A DNA stretch of 63,994 bases, filler included, from Atractiella rhizophila (GCA_021432655.1; 13 parts of 11 records of this genome joined end to end with filler, not necessarily neighbours in it); one strand, 5' to 3'; shown: positions 27,361-39,930, counted from the whole stretch's first letter. A program made the numbers and translations. Notes: generated from the sequence alone by a model not told the origin.

Positions 27361-30300
27361 TAGGGATGGCTACCGTACCGTATCGTCGTCTCAGCACCAC
27401 TTCCGGACGGTACGTGCCCTCTATCGGCTCGTATCGTACCGTAACAAATTTTGGTTGTCAGATACGTACGGGTACGGCGGAAAACGGGAGAATACGACGG
27501 ATTACGGGTTATATGGCATAGCAATTTCGTCACAGCCTTAGGTGTAACAATTTCATCTCTTCTGAGCCTCCCGCTCTGCAATGTCATCCTCCAATGTCTT
27601 CAGCTCCCTCTGCAACTCTGTAAGATGAGATTTCCGTTGCAAGCGCAATGTGGTCTTGAGCATGATAAGATCACGTATACTCTCAGGATCTAGACGGTGA
27701 CGGCGAATACCTATGGTATCACGAGCTCCAGAGAAGATGCGCTCGACTCCCACAGCACAACCTATAACAATCAAAACCTGAAAACAAGTGAGGACACTTT
27801 GGGAAGACACATACCCGGAATAGCCAGAATATCTCGAGCCAGACGAGACAAGTTGCGCAAGTTGTGCTTCGACTCGTGCTTCCAAAAGGTAAGTGGATCC
27901 ACTCCCCAAGCCAGTGGTGCATGCTTGAAGAGGTAGTTGATTTCCTTCATCGCTCCAACGTCATCCGCTCCTGTTTTTGGACCATGACCAATAGATGCGA
28001 GATAATCGGCCGTCAGGTTCGGATTCACCCGTGACAGCTTTGCCTGGGTTGGAATGGGTTGAACTGTTGTGTGGGGAGCTTCGTAGTAGTGATCTCGAAA
28101 GAGGTCGATGAAATTTGATTTGTGTTCTTCAATCTCGTCCCGTTCCAAGTCGAACACAGAGGAGTTGAGGAATGACACACCGAGACGAGGATCACAGACT
28201 ATTTCGCAAATTTTGTCAGTCATAGGTGCTGGTGGTTATAAGAAAGAACTTACTAATTGCATATACATAATAAGGAGAGAGATCTGAGCGATAATGGTAG
28301 TCACTCAACTTGTAATAACAGTCGAGAAGAGCCTGGCGATATTCCTTATCCACAGCTGTGTCCGTAAGCTTCGAGATCTCTCCCTTCAGAAATCCGAGCA
28401 GAGAATGGTATACTCCGAGTGTTTGAGAGAGACAAGATGTCTGGCTCATCGACATGTCATATGTCACTTGTCGGAAAACCGCGAGCCATTTGCACACCTG
28501 AGCAGTAGTCAGAATTAGAACATCTGGCATGTAGAAATGTTAAGAGTAGGAGACGCGCCTGTTCAACTGAATTCCACTCCTTCTCACTCAGATGCAGCAT
28601 GAACGGAAGCTCATGGCGATCTGAATAAGTTTCGATGACATCCTTGTATCGAATTCCAAGGTCCAGCATGTCGTGGGTTGATCCCCACCGTGTCCGAACG
28701 TCAAGGATGAGCATGCGGAGGGACTCATCGGAAAGGCTCTCGTAGGTCTTCAAAGCATCCTCCAAAAGATCTAACCAGCTCTTCTGACGTTGAGGAGAGC
28801 CACGAACGTGTTTGATGATGGCTCGAAGCTGTCAGACGATTGAGAAAGTACAGCAGCATCAATAGAAGCAACAAGCATACCTTTGGTATCGCTCCATTGA
28901 CTGTGTTCAAATCCAGTTCTACTTCATTCAATTCCTCCTCACCCAGTTGTGCAGCATTGTCTTGTGTGACTGTAGGATCCTCCGTCACGCACTCTTGGTA
29001 CAATGCATCCTTAGTGAACGTGGTCGAAGCTGAAGTTGTCGGAAGTGAAGTATCAAGTTTAGAATGCTTCGTATTTGTGACAAGAGGCATGGCGGGAGGT
29101 TTCATGATTGGAGCTGAAGGCTTTGGCCAAACGTTCAAGAAGTCCAGCAGGGCAATAACGGCCAGATGAATAATATGAGGCATGCAAAGTATGTGCCTTT
29201 CAGTGGCGTTGAACTCGATATTTCTTTTCTTTAGCCGCTGTTCGATACCGCTTAATGTTGTCTTGTTGTTAGAAGCGCCATCCGTGGTAAAGCACCAATC
29301 TATAACTCAGGTTGTTAGTAAGTGAACACAACTAGTAAAGCAGAGGCTGACCAAATTCGCCAATCCAAATTTATCGACCACCTTCATAATCACATCCGCC
29401 ATATTCTGTCCTGAATGAGCTCCGATAAGCTCTTCAAATCCCAGCACAACTTCCACCAGTTCCCAGTCGCTGTTGATGAATTGACCGATAAGACAGAGGA
29501 ATGCATAATGGTTTTCGGAAGTCCAGTTGTCAAGCGAGAGGTGAACTTTGGATCCAGATTCCTTATCACACATCAGTGAAATACATTGATAACCAAAGAG
29601 TAGACAGACCTTCAGAGTTTGCGCAAGCTTCTCATTGCTTCTTTCTGCATATGCATGTATTTGCTCCTTCAGCACCTTACGACTTGGTATCTCCATCTTC
29701 TTCTTTGGACTTTTACCAGATTCTTCCACAAATTGCAGTCCGCCTTTCGTAAGATCCGTAAGCCGTATTTCTTTGGCAGAAGGCAGTGTCCATTGGAGGT
29801 AGATGAGGAGTTCTTGAAAGGCTGGACTGTCCACAATCGAGAAGGGAAGATCTTCTTCAACAACAACTCGATTAAGCAGATCAGCAAAGATGGCGGAGTC
29901 AAACCCCTGAGAAACATTGACGTGCTCATTCAGTAGTAGCACTAGTGAATCAGTGAATCACATACCTGTGTATTATATTTCTCCATTGCCCGACTCAGAA
30001 TATCATCGATGCCCTTAGATTTTTTCTTTGAGGTCACGCCATCCATTTCTCCGATCTACAAGCCCGCTATTAAAACTTAGTACACAGTCAGGCCAGGAAC
30101 AAACTGGAATGGTTCCTGCTGCCTTCTGAAGCTCTTCCTCAGTAATCTCCATACAACTCTTTCGCTTTTCCTTTAGAAGTCTAAAGAGTGGCGCAACAGT
30201 CCTGCCATGATTTTCAACAAGATGATTGCACAGAGTTTTTGTATTTCCATTGCTGGCTACACTGGATCGCAGGACTGTGCTGCAATGGTTGCAGCCGAGA

Positions 30301-31784
30301 TATTTGTCGCCCTCCTTGTGTTTCGGTTTGAGATGACCAGGAACCTCCTTCCACTTGACAGAATGGAAAAAGTAGTGGACAACGGCACGATGGGGGTTGA
30401 TGGTGACTGATGGGCTCTAACATAAGATCAGAATGACTAAATCGTGAGGAAATAAGCACATACATCATTATCACCTGGGAGTGCATGTGATGTTGCTCCG
30501 CTGGAGAAAGTTGACTTAACGACTAAGTCTCCACCAGAATCGAGCTATCCACAGATTTCAGTCACTCAACAATCCACATGCAGACGAACATACCTTCCGC
30601 CTTTTGTTTTTCTTCTTTGAGCTAGCTATCTTCAATGGCAAAATCTACGCAACTTCAGCCGCTTTAATCTCTTCAGGCGCCGGTTCCATCCTCAGATCTT
30701 CTCCTTCTCCATCCTCATCTTGATCAGGCAGAAATAGCTGGTCTGGACCTGGCAAATCCACAAGACCTTCCGGTAGGAGGATGGCGTGAATGTGCTCGGC
30801 TGCCGCACAAAGATATGCTTTGCGGGCACATAGTGTTACCTCGGGAACGGAAGTGACGTGCTGAAGGCGTTTCCACAGGGTTGCAAACATCTTGAGCCCG
30901 TCTCGATATCCAACATCGTTGAGGGAGGAAGGGCGCCATCCTGAGAACGCTGCATGAAAGGGGTCATCGTTATCCTCTGCCTGAGAGTCGAGCTGAGTGA
31001 GAAGGGCAAGGGTCTTCTTGTATAAATCTGACGTTTTCTATATATGTCCAAGTTCAGCATCAGATCTAAGGCAATGACAGATAGCAAAAGATGTGCTCAC
31101 TCCACTGGCATGCTGAGGTGTCGTTGAGCTAGCAGACACCAGAGCTTTGACAAACTCATATCCAGGTATTCCGCAAAGCCTTGAATGTTATTCGTGCCTA
31201 AGAATGCTTCGGGTAGAGGCAAAATCACTTACTCAGCTTCCAAATCTTTCTTCCTTCGCTTCTCGCTTAACGCAGTTCCATCTTCATTATTCCACTTTGA
31301 CATATCCTTTAAAGTCTGCTGCCGCTGACTTTTTTTCCGCTCTTGTGGTGCCATTGCAGTTGTGACTGGTTGAATCAAGGACGTCGAGAATGGAGAGAGT
31401 CGAAGGTGTTTATATGTTTGAGAAGAGGAAGGACGTGTTATGGGCGTGAGCGCTCGTCTTGTTTCATAAGCTGCAGCCTCAATGTGTCAGTTTTGAAGAA
31501 TCTAAGAATGCTGCAAAGGAATCACGGACCACGGGATTGAGAGAGTATGTAACTCTCGAACTACTGTCTCCACTGTCCTCCTTTGTAACCCATGGCTCCA
31601 GCTGCATATCGTCTTCTCCACCGTAACCCGTAATACGACGGATTTTCTGGATGAAAACGGACGGGACGTGGAGGATGGCGTATCGTATCGTATCGTCCCA
31701 AAGACCAGTCAAGCGGGACGGACGGGTAAGGTACACGTATCGGACACGTACGTCCAGGACGGTGCGATCCGATCGCCATCCCTA
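27361..31784 (-). mobile_element. Full-length Ac-like hAT DNA transposon
   Basis: 10-bp TIRs TAGGGATGGC (27361-27370) / GCCATCCCTA (31775-31784); CCGTA/TACGG/AAACGG-rich subterminal repeats at both ends; encodes a transposase. Confidence 0.93.
27553..31354 (-). CDS. hAT transposase with BED zinc finger, about 13 introns
   Basis: BED CNHC...NHLVENH; LSLDNWTS (D1), FTTDGASNN (D2), LCMPHIIHL (CxxH), DVRTRWGSTHDML, AIPG|CAVGVERIFS (E) plus dimerisation domain; ATG 31354, TGA 27555-27553. Confidence 0.92.
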
Positions 31785-32331
31785 CTCAAACTGCTTTGGT
31801 GCCGACGATATCCCAATCACTCGATAACTATTTCTATTCTCTGCGCAGTAAGTATTCTTTCCCCTACGTACTTGAGTCATAACCAGTGCCCAGATATTCG
31901 TCAGATCCTCATAGACGGCGGTCACGAACGATCTGACATGATTTCCCGTCAATTTCTACGTGATCTGGCGAGACTTTCTTCTCTCATTGCGTTAGACGTT
32001 CACTGGTCTTTCATCGATCCGGAAACCATCCCGAAATTTCTGGCAACCCAGAAAGCAGATATATTCACGCCANNNNNNNNNNNNNNNNNNNNNNNNNNNN
32101 NNNNNNNNNNNNNNNNTTAATTAATTAANNNNNNNNNNNNNNNNNNNNNNNNNNNNNNNNNNNNNNNNNNNNGATCGTGTCTCACAGGACACACGAGGTT
32201 TACGTGCCTTGAGGTTGATGCATGCGCTACATGCAATCCTTCCTGCTACATTTCTGCCTTATAAAAAGCGAGGGGCAGAATCCTTTCTCACAACATCTTC
32301 ATCCAAACACCACTCAAACAGGACTTTTAAC

Positions 32332-33000
32332 ATGGCCCACTTTCGTATGCGTTTCCTCGTTGTTGGTTGTGAGAGACTCTAATATACCTCTGCAGAATAC
32401 AACCCTTCTGATGAGGTTTACTTCTGGAGTTCGAAGCATCACCTTGTTTACTCTCGCAAGAGGGTTCTGGAGCTCAAGGGTAAAGGCTACGATATCTCGG
32501 TTTGTCTCTCCTCCCCATATTTGATGATGTACCTCTCACCCTCCGCATTGCAGCACTTCGATACACCTTTAGTCTTCCAACCAGGTTCTTACATTCAATA
32601 CAGTTTGTTCTCTATCTCGTTCCTGTTCACAGCCCTAACTCTACCCAGTTACTGAGGACGGGGTGATTTACACACCCGAAGATATCAGCAATGAGTTCAT
32701 ACGTTCTCAACGCTGCTTAGAGGAGTGTCGCTTTAGCACTGCGAACAAGAAACCAGCTGTCATTAGAGAGGTAAGCGGTACATTTTGCGCTGGCAGAATG
32801 TACCTCATAGTTAAATCAGCATTTTGCAACTTGTCGATTCCGAAATCATTTCTTTCTGTCGGCTCCTGATCCTCTGGGTGATCTCTGTGCTCTCCAATTA
32901 GGCTGTCAGAGGCATCCTCAGTCTCGCAACATCAATGCACCACATAATCGCTGATAATCCCGAAGAACCCCTTCTTGTACCATATATCAATACGACCTCG
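32332..33000 (+). CDS. Small multi-exon hypothetical protein (3' end approximate)
   Basis: TATAAA near 32260, ATG 32332, and successive GTATGC/GTTTGT/GTAAGC...AG introns linking short open exons. Confidence 0.35.
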
Positions 33001-34779
33001 ACAATAATGCCCCGCAACAGCAAGACTAGTGTTTACGAGTTACCTGCACCGTATTTCGATAATCAATTCGTTTTCTTTCATCATCCTGTATCACTTTTTG
33101 GTTGTTCACTCTCTTGTTCTACCTACCCTTGATTTGCAAATAAGCACGCTAGCACATCGTCTACAAAGAGACATCCCTATGATCGCAAGAAAAGGCATAT
33201 TACTAGGGAAATAAACTTGCAAATTTCAAGTTGTAGGTTCGACGCAGCTCATCACCATTACTAACACGTTGTATCTTTGTGCACGTGCAGAAAGCTTGAT
33301 ATGAGAATGTATGAAACCGTGACGTCGAAGGCAAAGTCAGCGAGCAGCTGGAGCAGGTCCCTGGCTCCTACCAGTCTGAGTCGAAGCTCGCAAGGTCATC
33401 TAGTAAAGACCAAAAGAGCTAGGGAAAGCATTTCTCATTCAGAGAGAGACCTGGCAAACGGCGACTGACTCGGGAGTAGGACTCTTTTGAACTCCTCCTC
33501 AAGGGAATAGCAGCTTGATATCTCTCGGATTGCCTTTCCATCTCATTCCTATGACATTCACCATCAGTTCACGCTTTGCTGTGACGTCTATCTTTTCTAC
33601 TCCAGCCTTGATAGCACGTCACCATCCATCTTCCGTTCGGGTTGTCTAACTGATGATAGCAGTTCCATTTCAGGGGGAACTGCCTTCGCCTTTTGTGGTC
33701 AAGACTCGTTGCACGACCTGTATCGGACTTGGCTTCGCTCTAATTTCCGGGGGGACTTCGCGGCGAAGAAGCATATCCATTTCTAGGCTCGACTCCTTAT
33801 TTCAGCGCCGCGTTCGTTCCTCTGCGTTTTCTCGCTGGATCTCTGGAAGACAGGCTGGTTCGCTGCCCTCGTCGCACTTTAATCAAGCTGGTGCGAGCCT
33901 GCTCTCACAGTGACAGCACAAGGACCCTTACTGTTTGGCTGGACCTAAGGTATAGAACCGTTCCATGTGAAGTCCCTGCCCTTGGGATGAAGATACTAGA
34001 GCATTGATTTGCTTGGGAGACCCCATCTCATTGCTTTACAAATAAGCTCTGGCCGGTTTTGACAAACAGTCACTCCGATGGCTGCAGACTCGTTGGGAGG
34101 CTACGATGGAGCTTCACAAAGCATCCCCTCAAGTATGTGGGACCAAGCTACTCTTATCCCCTAGACCCCAGATGACGGATCGCACTGAGTTCGAAACATT
34201 TAACGTTTCAACTTCAATAGAGGCAGAATCCGTCTCAGTCTACGGTTCTGCATTATCCCTCGCCTTGATTTGTGCGATCTTGGGTATTCGGTTAGCACGG
34301 CAAAACAAGTTTACTGCAAACATCGGCTTCAAAGGCTTTTTTTCTCTCGATCATGGGTCAATACCGAAGAGGATTGGGAGAAGATCGTTCGGTTGAAGCC
34401 TTGACGGAGTTCAAAATCTTGATTGTTTTGCCACGTTTATTCCGTGACAACGATGTTCTTTTGGTAAACGGTTGTAATTTGCATACGGGTCCATGGGCAG
34501 TAGTCGGATCAGTTTTATTAATCAATCTGAGAGAGCAGCAGTGCTGGGACCCCAAGGTAGACAAGTGCCTCGCAGACCTCACCAACTTGATGACGCGCCG
34601 TGCGCAATCATGAGAAAAGATGGTCCCTTGAGATGAACGTCAGGTTGACGACATTGGAAACGCAGAACCTCAAGCTAGTTGAAATTGACACATCGCAATG
34701 GAGCACACGTAAATATGATAATCACGCTTCCAATTCATCCCATTGTTAACTTATTTTGTTTTTCGGACTTGTCCATCCT

Positions 34780-35422
34780 TTAAACAGTTCCGCTCTGGGC
34801 GATCGTGATGGTTCCAGACGTTTTGCCGCTGGAANNNNNNNNNNNNNNNNNNNNNNNNNNNNNNNNNNNNNNNNNNNNNNNNNNNNNNNNNNNNNNNNNN
34901 NNNNNNNNNNNNNNNNNNNNNNNNNNNNNNNNNNNNNNNNNNNNNNNNNNNNNNNNNNNNNNNNNNNNNNNNNNNNNNNNNNNNNNNNNNNNNNNNNNNN
35001 NNNNNNNNNNNNNNNNNNNNNNNNNNNNNNNNNNNNNNNNNNNNNNNNNNNNNNNNNNNNNNNNNNNNNNNNNNNNNNNNNNNNNNNNNNNNNNNNNNNN
35101 NNNNNNNNNNNNNNNNNNNNNNNNNNNNNNNNNNNNNNNNNNNNNNNNNNNNNNNNNNNNNNNNNNNNNNNNNNNNNNNNNNNNNNNNNNNNNNNNNNNN
35201 NNNNNNNNNNNNNNNNNNNNNNNNNNNNNNNNNNNNNNNNNNNNNNNNNNNNNNNNNNNNNNNNNNNNNNNNNNNNNNNNNNNNNNNNNNNNNNNNNNNN
35301 NGAGCACCATCAATGGTGATATCAAAATACACATCAGCCATTCTTCTGATTGACGAAGAGGCAAAGCCGCGAGATTGTTGAAAGGTACGGAAGGTGGAAG
35401 AGAAGGTGCCAAAACGATTCAT
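34780..35422 (-). CDS. CPR1: Cyclophilin A peptidyl-prolyl isomerase with mitochondrial presequence (core in N gap)
   Basis: MNRFGTFSSTFRTFQQSRGFASSSIRR-MADVYFDITIDGA ... SSGKTSGTITIAQSGTV*. Confidence 0.85.
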
Positions 35423-35885
35423 GGTGGATTTTTTTGGTGTTTCCAGAATGTTGATCGCAGATTTGCGAAAGATCGGGGAAAGTCAAGTGAAAGGAGATGA
35501 GGTATTGAGGTCAGTGAATTGAGCTTGCATAGAATGGGAAACAAAGCTGCTTACATTGCTTTACAGTTACAAGTGTTTGCTACTCGTTACAGATGGACGT
35601 TTGAGGGGATTTCAAAGAAGGGGTCCCTCCTTTTATATATCGATGGGATCGAGGTCGCATTTTGCAAGGTTCCGCTGATTGCGACTGATTGCGTCATTCA
35701 GCGTGGGACCGCGCACGTTCCACACGTGCCCCCAAAATCATATTTCCAAAAAAACGAAAAGCCGCAAAAACCCCAAAAGTGGAACAAAAATGATTTCATT
35801 GGTTCGTTTGTAGCCATAGATTCTTTTGACTTATTTAATAAGGACGTTTCTGCTACTGTTTGTCGCATTTCCACAAGTTCATTGA

Positions 35886-37160
35886 TCAAACATGTTTCTG
35901 GAGCCATTGGACGCTCTCTTTGAAAGAGTTCTCTTTGGCAAACCTGTTCAATTCCATGTCAAATTAAAAAATAGCATATAGAGGGGGCAGAATACACACT
36001 TGATTTTTTCTTGAGAAAGGTCTCCCCTGACGGCAAACCCATGTTGAGTGCCCTAAACACTGCTTCAAAATGTACGTCTTAGATACGTTTGGCAACTCAC
36101 AGGATAGAAGTTTCTCTTGTCTGTGAATGGAGTAAATGTTAGAACTCCCGAACAATTCTTTGGGAAAGAACTCACAGTTCGGGTCATCCTTGAAAATTCT
36201 GTCGGCGTCCGCTTGATATTCTTGGTTCATCTGAAAGTCATCCTCCGCAGTGTTCCAAAGGATAGGGACATTCGCCTTTTTAATCGTCTCGAACTCGCTG
36301 GGGAAGTCAAGGAGAGAAGGACTACGCAACTGAACTTAGGTGCAGCCGAAGCAATCGAAAGTGGACATACTGATTCATCACCCCAGCCTTGATCTTTCCT
36401 TCCTGGGCCAGGAGAGAAACAAATTTACCTAAAAAGGAATACCAATCAATCTTGGGTAAGAGAGAAACCCAGGACTCGTTTACCGCCAAAACAGTATCCA
36501 GTCGCGCCAAAAACTGTGATTCCCTTTTCCTCAAGGCCAGCAATGACTTTCTTTATGATGGCTTACACGACCGAGAGTAAAATTAGACATGTTATAGAGA
36601 GAGTAGACCTGGAAGTGCATACCAAGGACGTCATCTACCTTGTGCTTGCCGAAGAAGCCATGGAGGTCGAAGTTAGATCCAGGACTCAAGGCGTTGGGTT
36701 CAGCCGATCCTCCTTCAAAAAACATCAGAGTGGATCGAGGACAGGATGTAATGGACGAACCGTTGAAGAGATCAGGAGCGACGACATGGAAGCCATTGAG
36801 CGCGAAGTCATCGGCGAGAAGCAGGGCATTTTTGAGCTGAATGCCGAAAATCTGTTCGTCGCTGTTGTCAGCGATGGCCCACTGTGAAGGTTAGATCCAC
36901 TTACGTCGGTGAGCAAAAGAAGAGCTTTATCCTTAGGGTATTCCATCTCTGGGATCGCGATATATGAGTCAACACCATTGATCTGTGGATTGTTTGGCAC
37001 AGATCATCGCATTGATAGAAGAAGGAGTCAACATCACACCTGTTCGACCTTTCCCTTTGTTTCTCCCTCATGACGGACGCCAGAAACACTGATGTTCAGG
37101 ATGATAAGCACTTTGTAAGGTCGAACACGGGATGACAAACCATTGCTTGCAGAGAGACAT
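35886..37160 (-). CDS. Dienelactone hydrolase family protein (Aim2-like)
   Basis: MSLCKQC, KALLLLTD|IFGIQLKNALLLADDFALNGFHVVAPDLF, GYCFG nucleophile, GTQHGFAVRGD; multi-exon; TATATAAA upstream near 37225-37232. Confidence 0.9.
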
Positions 37161-37328
37161 GATGCTTCGAATACTTCTCCAGAACTATTCAATGGACTGG
37201 ACAAGTGGAAAGACGAGAGCTCACTTTATATACTCTGAAAGAAAGCAGACAGAGGTTTTGTGGTTTTGCCGCCACTTCCGCCGCTGATAGCATCATCCCA
37301 CTCTGAGCACGTGCAGCTAAATATAGGG

Positions 37329-37671
37329 GAGCTGGGTCAGGCTGGGCGGAGAATGAAGGGAAGGCAGATGCTCCCTTCCCTTCACCGTGCCGTGCGGGGG
37401 TGCGGCTTCTCAGTTCTTTGAGTAGGGAATGACGACGCGACGGAGGTGATCCCGGAGCTCCCGTGCGCGGGTTGCTGAGGCTTGGAAAGCGAACCACAGA
37501 ACATCGTTTGCTCATCTCAATAGCCCGGTGCAGGCGCGGGGGCTCACGGGGAGAGGTTGGCAATGAAACTCGCGTTGGGTGGTAACTTCGTCAGTACCTC
37601 TTAAAGAGAACGCGATCTCCGGGTGCTGCAGTCCCCTCCGAGTCAGGTTGAATATTCACTGGCACCAGTTC
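37329..37671 (+). ncRNA. Candidate structured non-coding RNA, family unassigned
   Basis: Terminal stem 37329-37340/37659-37671 encloses nested helices: 37354-64/37374-84 (perfect 11 bp), 37455-66/37534-45, 37468-79/37516-27, 37570-76/37609-15, 37441-46/37635-40. G-U pairs favour the + strand. Confidence 0.55.
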
Positions 37672-38010
37672 ACCTCCATCATTGATATTCTATCGCGCCG
37701 ATTGATCAAACCTGCTGCGATGACGTGTGTCTCAGCCGTGAGAAGTGTCTGTCAGATAAGCAGAAGAGACATCGCATTGAGATTGAGCCAGGAGTTTTCA
37801 TCACAGATCTGGAAGAACGACAAAAGCAAGCTAAAAACAGTGAAAGAATAAACTGGACTATGTGAAGAAAATTTTTAACGTAGAACTGAATATTTGTGGG
37901 GGTGATGATACAAATGTTGGCTTTCCTCTTTCAGGAATCAAAATGAATATAGACGAACTCGAATCCAAAGTGCGAACCGGATAATCTGAACATACGTGAA
38001 AACCCAAATC

Positions 38011-39190
38011 TCAACTCAGCTTTGCCTTCTTCAACTTATTCCCGATGACATCTGACGCCTCCCTCTTCTTCCCCTTCTTCTTCTCCTCCACCCCAAAACT
38101 GGCTTTCAAGCCCTTGAAGGCATCGTCAAACAGCCTCTCGAACTCTCGCCCGGAAGCGTAGACAGGAGTATCTGATGCGTTAAAAGTATAACAGTTTTTC
38201 AGCATCAGCTTGACGTCCGCTTCGAATTCGTCGAAATTTCGATAACGATCTTGATCAAGGTGTTTTCGAATGGTGGACAGATCTCGAGCGTCTTTGCGTG
38301 GGATGATGTCGAAATAATGCGGGATTTGGAGGGCAATAGGATCAACAGGGTTGTGGAACGGGAATGCCCTAGCATTGCGACACGTCAGGGGCGATACAAC
38401 AAGGCGACAGATGAAAAACATACGCTCCCTCTTTCCCCAACTTCGTCAACATTGCTCCCAAACTTCTTTTCTCCATATAAGAGAGATTGTTGGCCTTATG
38501 CCATTCCTTCTGCCACTGCGAAGCAAGATTCTCCACATTCTGGACAGGTTGCGTTCCAGGAGGATTGAAGATCTTACAGTTCTGGACGATTTGGCGAAAG
38601 TCTTTATCGATATCGCCGTATGTACGATAACTGTGCGAATCGAGCTTACTCTGCATTGTGGAGAGATCCATGGGCTGATCGCAGGTTAGACAACGTCAAA
38701 GATAGTCGACAAGGAATGCATACATGTTTGATCTCGTCGTAGTAAGTCTCACAACCAGGAATAGCCGGATCCACAGGCTTGCGGAACCATAAACTGTCCA
38801 TCGACTCCACAACCTTTTTCATGATGGGTTTCACCTTCTTGATATTCACCGGCTCGTCGACAAGTTCATTAGGAAGGTAACTTTCCCCGTGTTTTGTATT
38901 CGTACCATGGCCATTTGACCGTCTCGGCGCAGGATGTGCCTCTTCGATGACGGAAGTGGGAGGACTCAGAGAGGAAAGCGGTGACGGTACTCTTCTGCCA
39001 TCGTTCTCTGGAGGCGTGAGATCCATCGCCGGAACGATAGTCGGAGCAGTCTTGGTGGCGGGCTTGGGCTTGGGAGAAGACTGTGGTGGTTGAACAATGA
39101 ATTGTGAGTCAGGAGGGTTGGGTGGAGAGTCTCCAATCGATCCGCCTGAGCTGGGGTCATTTACGGGAGTGGGCAGCGCAACAATTTCAA
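38011..39190 (-). CDS. TAF2: Tandem bromodomain C-terminus, probably basidiomycete TFIID subunit Taf2
   Basis: WFRKPVDP..YYDEIKH|PMDLSTM..NCKIFNPP and FPFHNPVDPIALQIPHYFDIIPRKDARDL..NCYTFN; 5' truncated. The TAF2 call comes from recalled domain architecture. Confidence 0.7.
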
Positions 39191-39290
39191 NNNNNNNNNN
39201 NNNNNNNNNNNNNNNNNNNNNNNNNNNNNNNNNNTTAATTAATTAANNNNNNNNNNNNNNNNNNNNNNNNNNNNNNNNNNNNNNNNNNNN

Positions 39291-39930
39291 GGATACGCAA
39301 GCTCGAGCTCGAGAGTTCCAATGTAACTTCCAGCATTTGCAGAGATTGACAATCCGTGGCAGTACCGAGGACTTATCGATTGGGATGGCACAACTTGTAT
39401 TCGATCCTGCATTGCGTCCTCAGAGGCTCATGCGACTTGACACCAACGTAACGACATTCAAATCCCCAGAGGAACTCAAATCTTTCCTGCAGATGACACA
39501 ACCGCGAACGCTCGACATCTCTGTAGAGAAGTGTTTCGAGGTCTTGGACTTTCTCCTCACATCAGGTCACATGATCCCTGACATCCAAGAGATGTCCATC
39601 GCAGGCAGATTCTCCAGCTCGTATTTTAGTTCCTCGTCATTCACAAAAGGTTCTTGCGCTGCCAAACGTCTCAACTTCGGGTTTTGTATTTCGTCAAGCT
39701 TCGACAGTCAAGGATTCGAACCTCTGACCGCCTATCTTTCCGGCGCAGCCTGGACGGATCAGTTGGAAAGCCTGACATTTGAAAATCTGGCCTCACAACG
39801 TCCAACTGTTCAATTGGACCCAAGGCCCTGGTCAGACCATAAAACGTTAACAGAACGACTTGGATCAAGATTCGAGGTGATAGGACTAGGATTTTGTAGT
39901 TACGAAGAGGTGATGAAAGAGGCAGTCTGA
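39291..39930 (+). CDS. 3' part of hypothetical protein (possibly LRR/F-box-associated type)
   Basis: Open frame of about 200 aa with LxxLxI-like spacing ending at TGA 39930. Confidence 0.4.

Noticed and set aside
37534..37720. RNase MRP (GGGGCTCA / AGTCCCC) or snR30/U17 (ATATTC...AAACC) identity for the structured RNA
   Set aside because: The MRP-like P4 strands are in the wrong order and lack GAAA; the m1/m2-like words are imperfect with no correctly placed ACA box.
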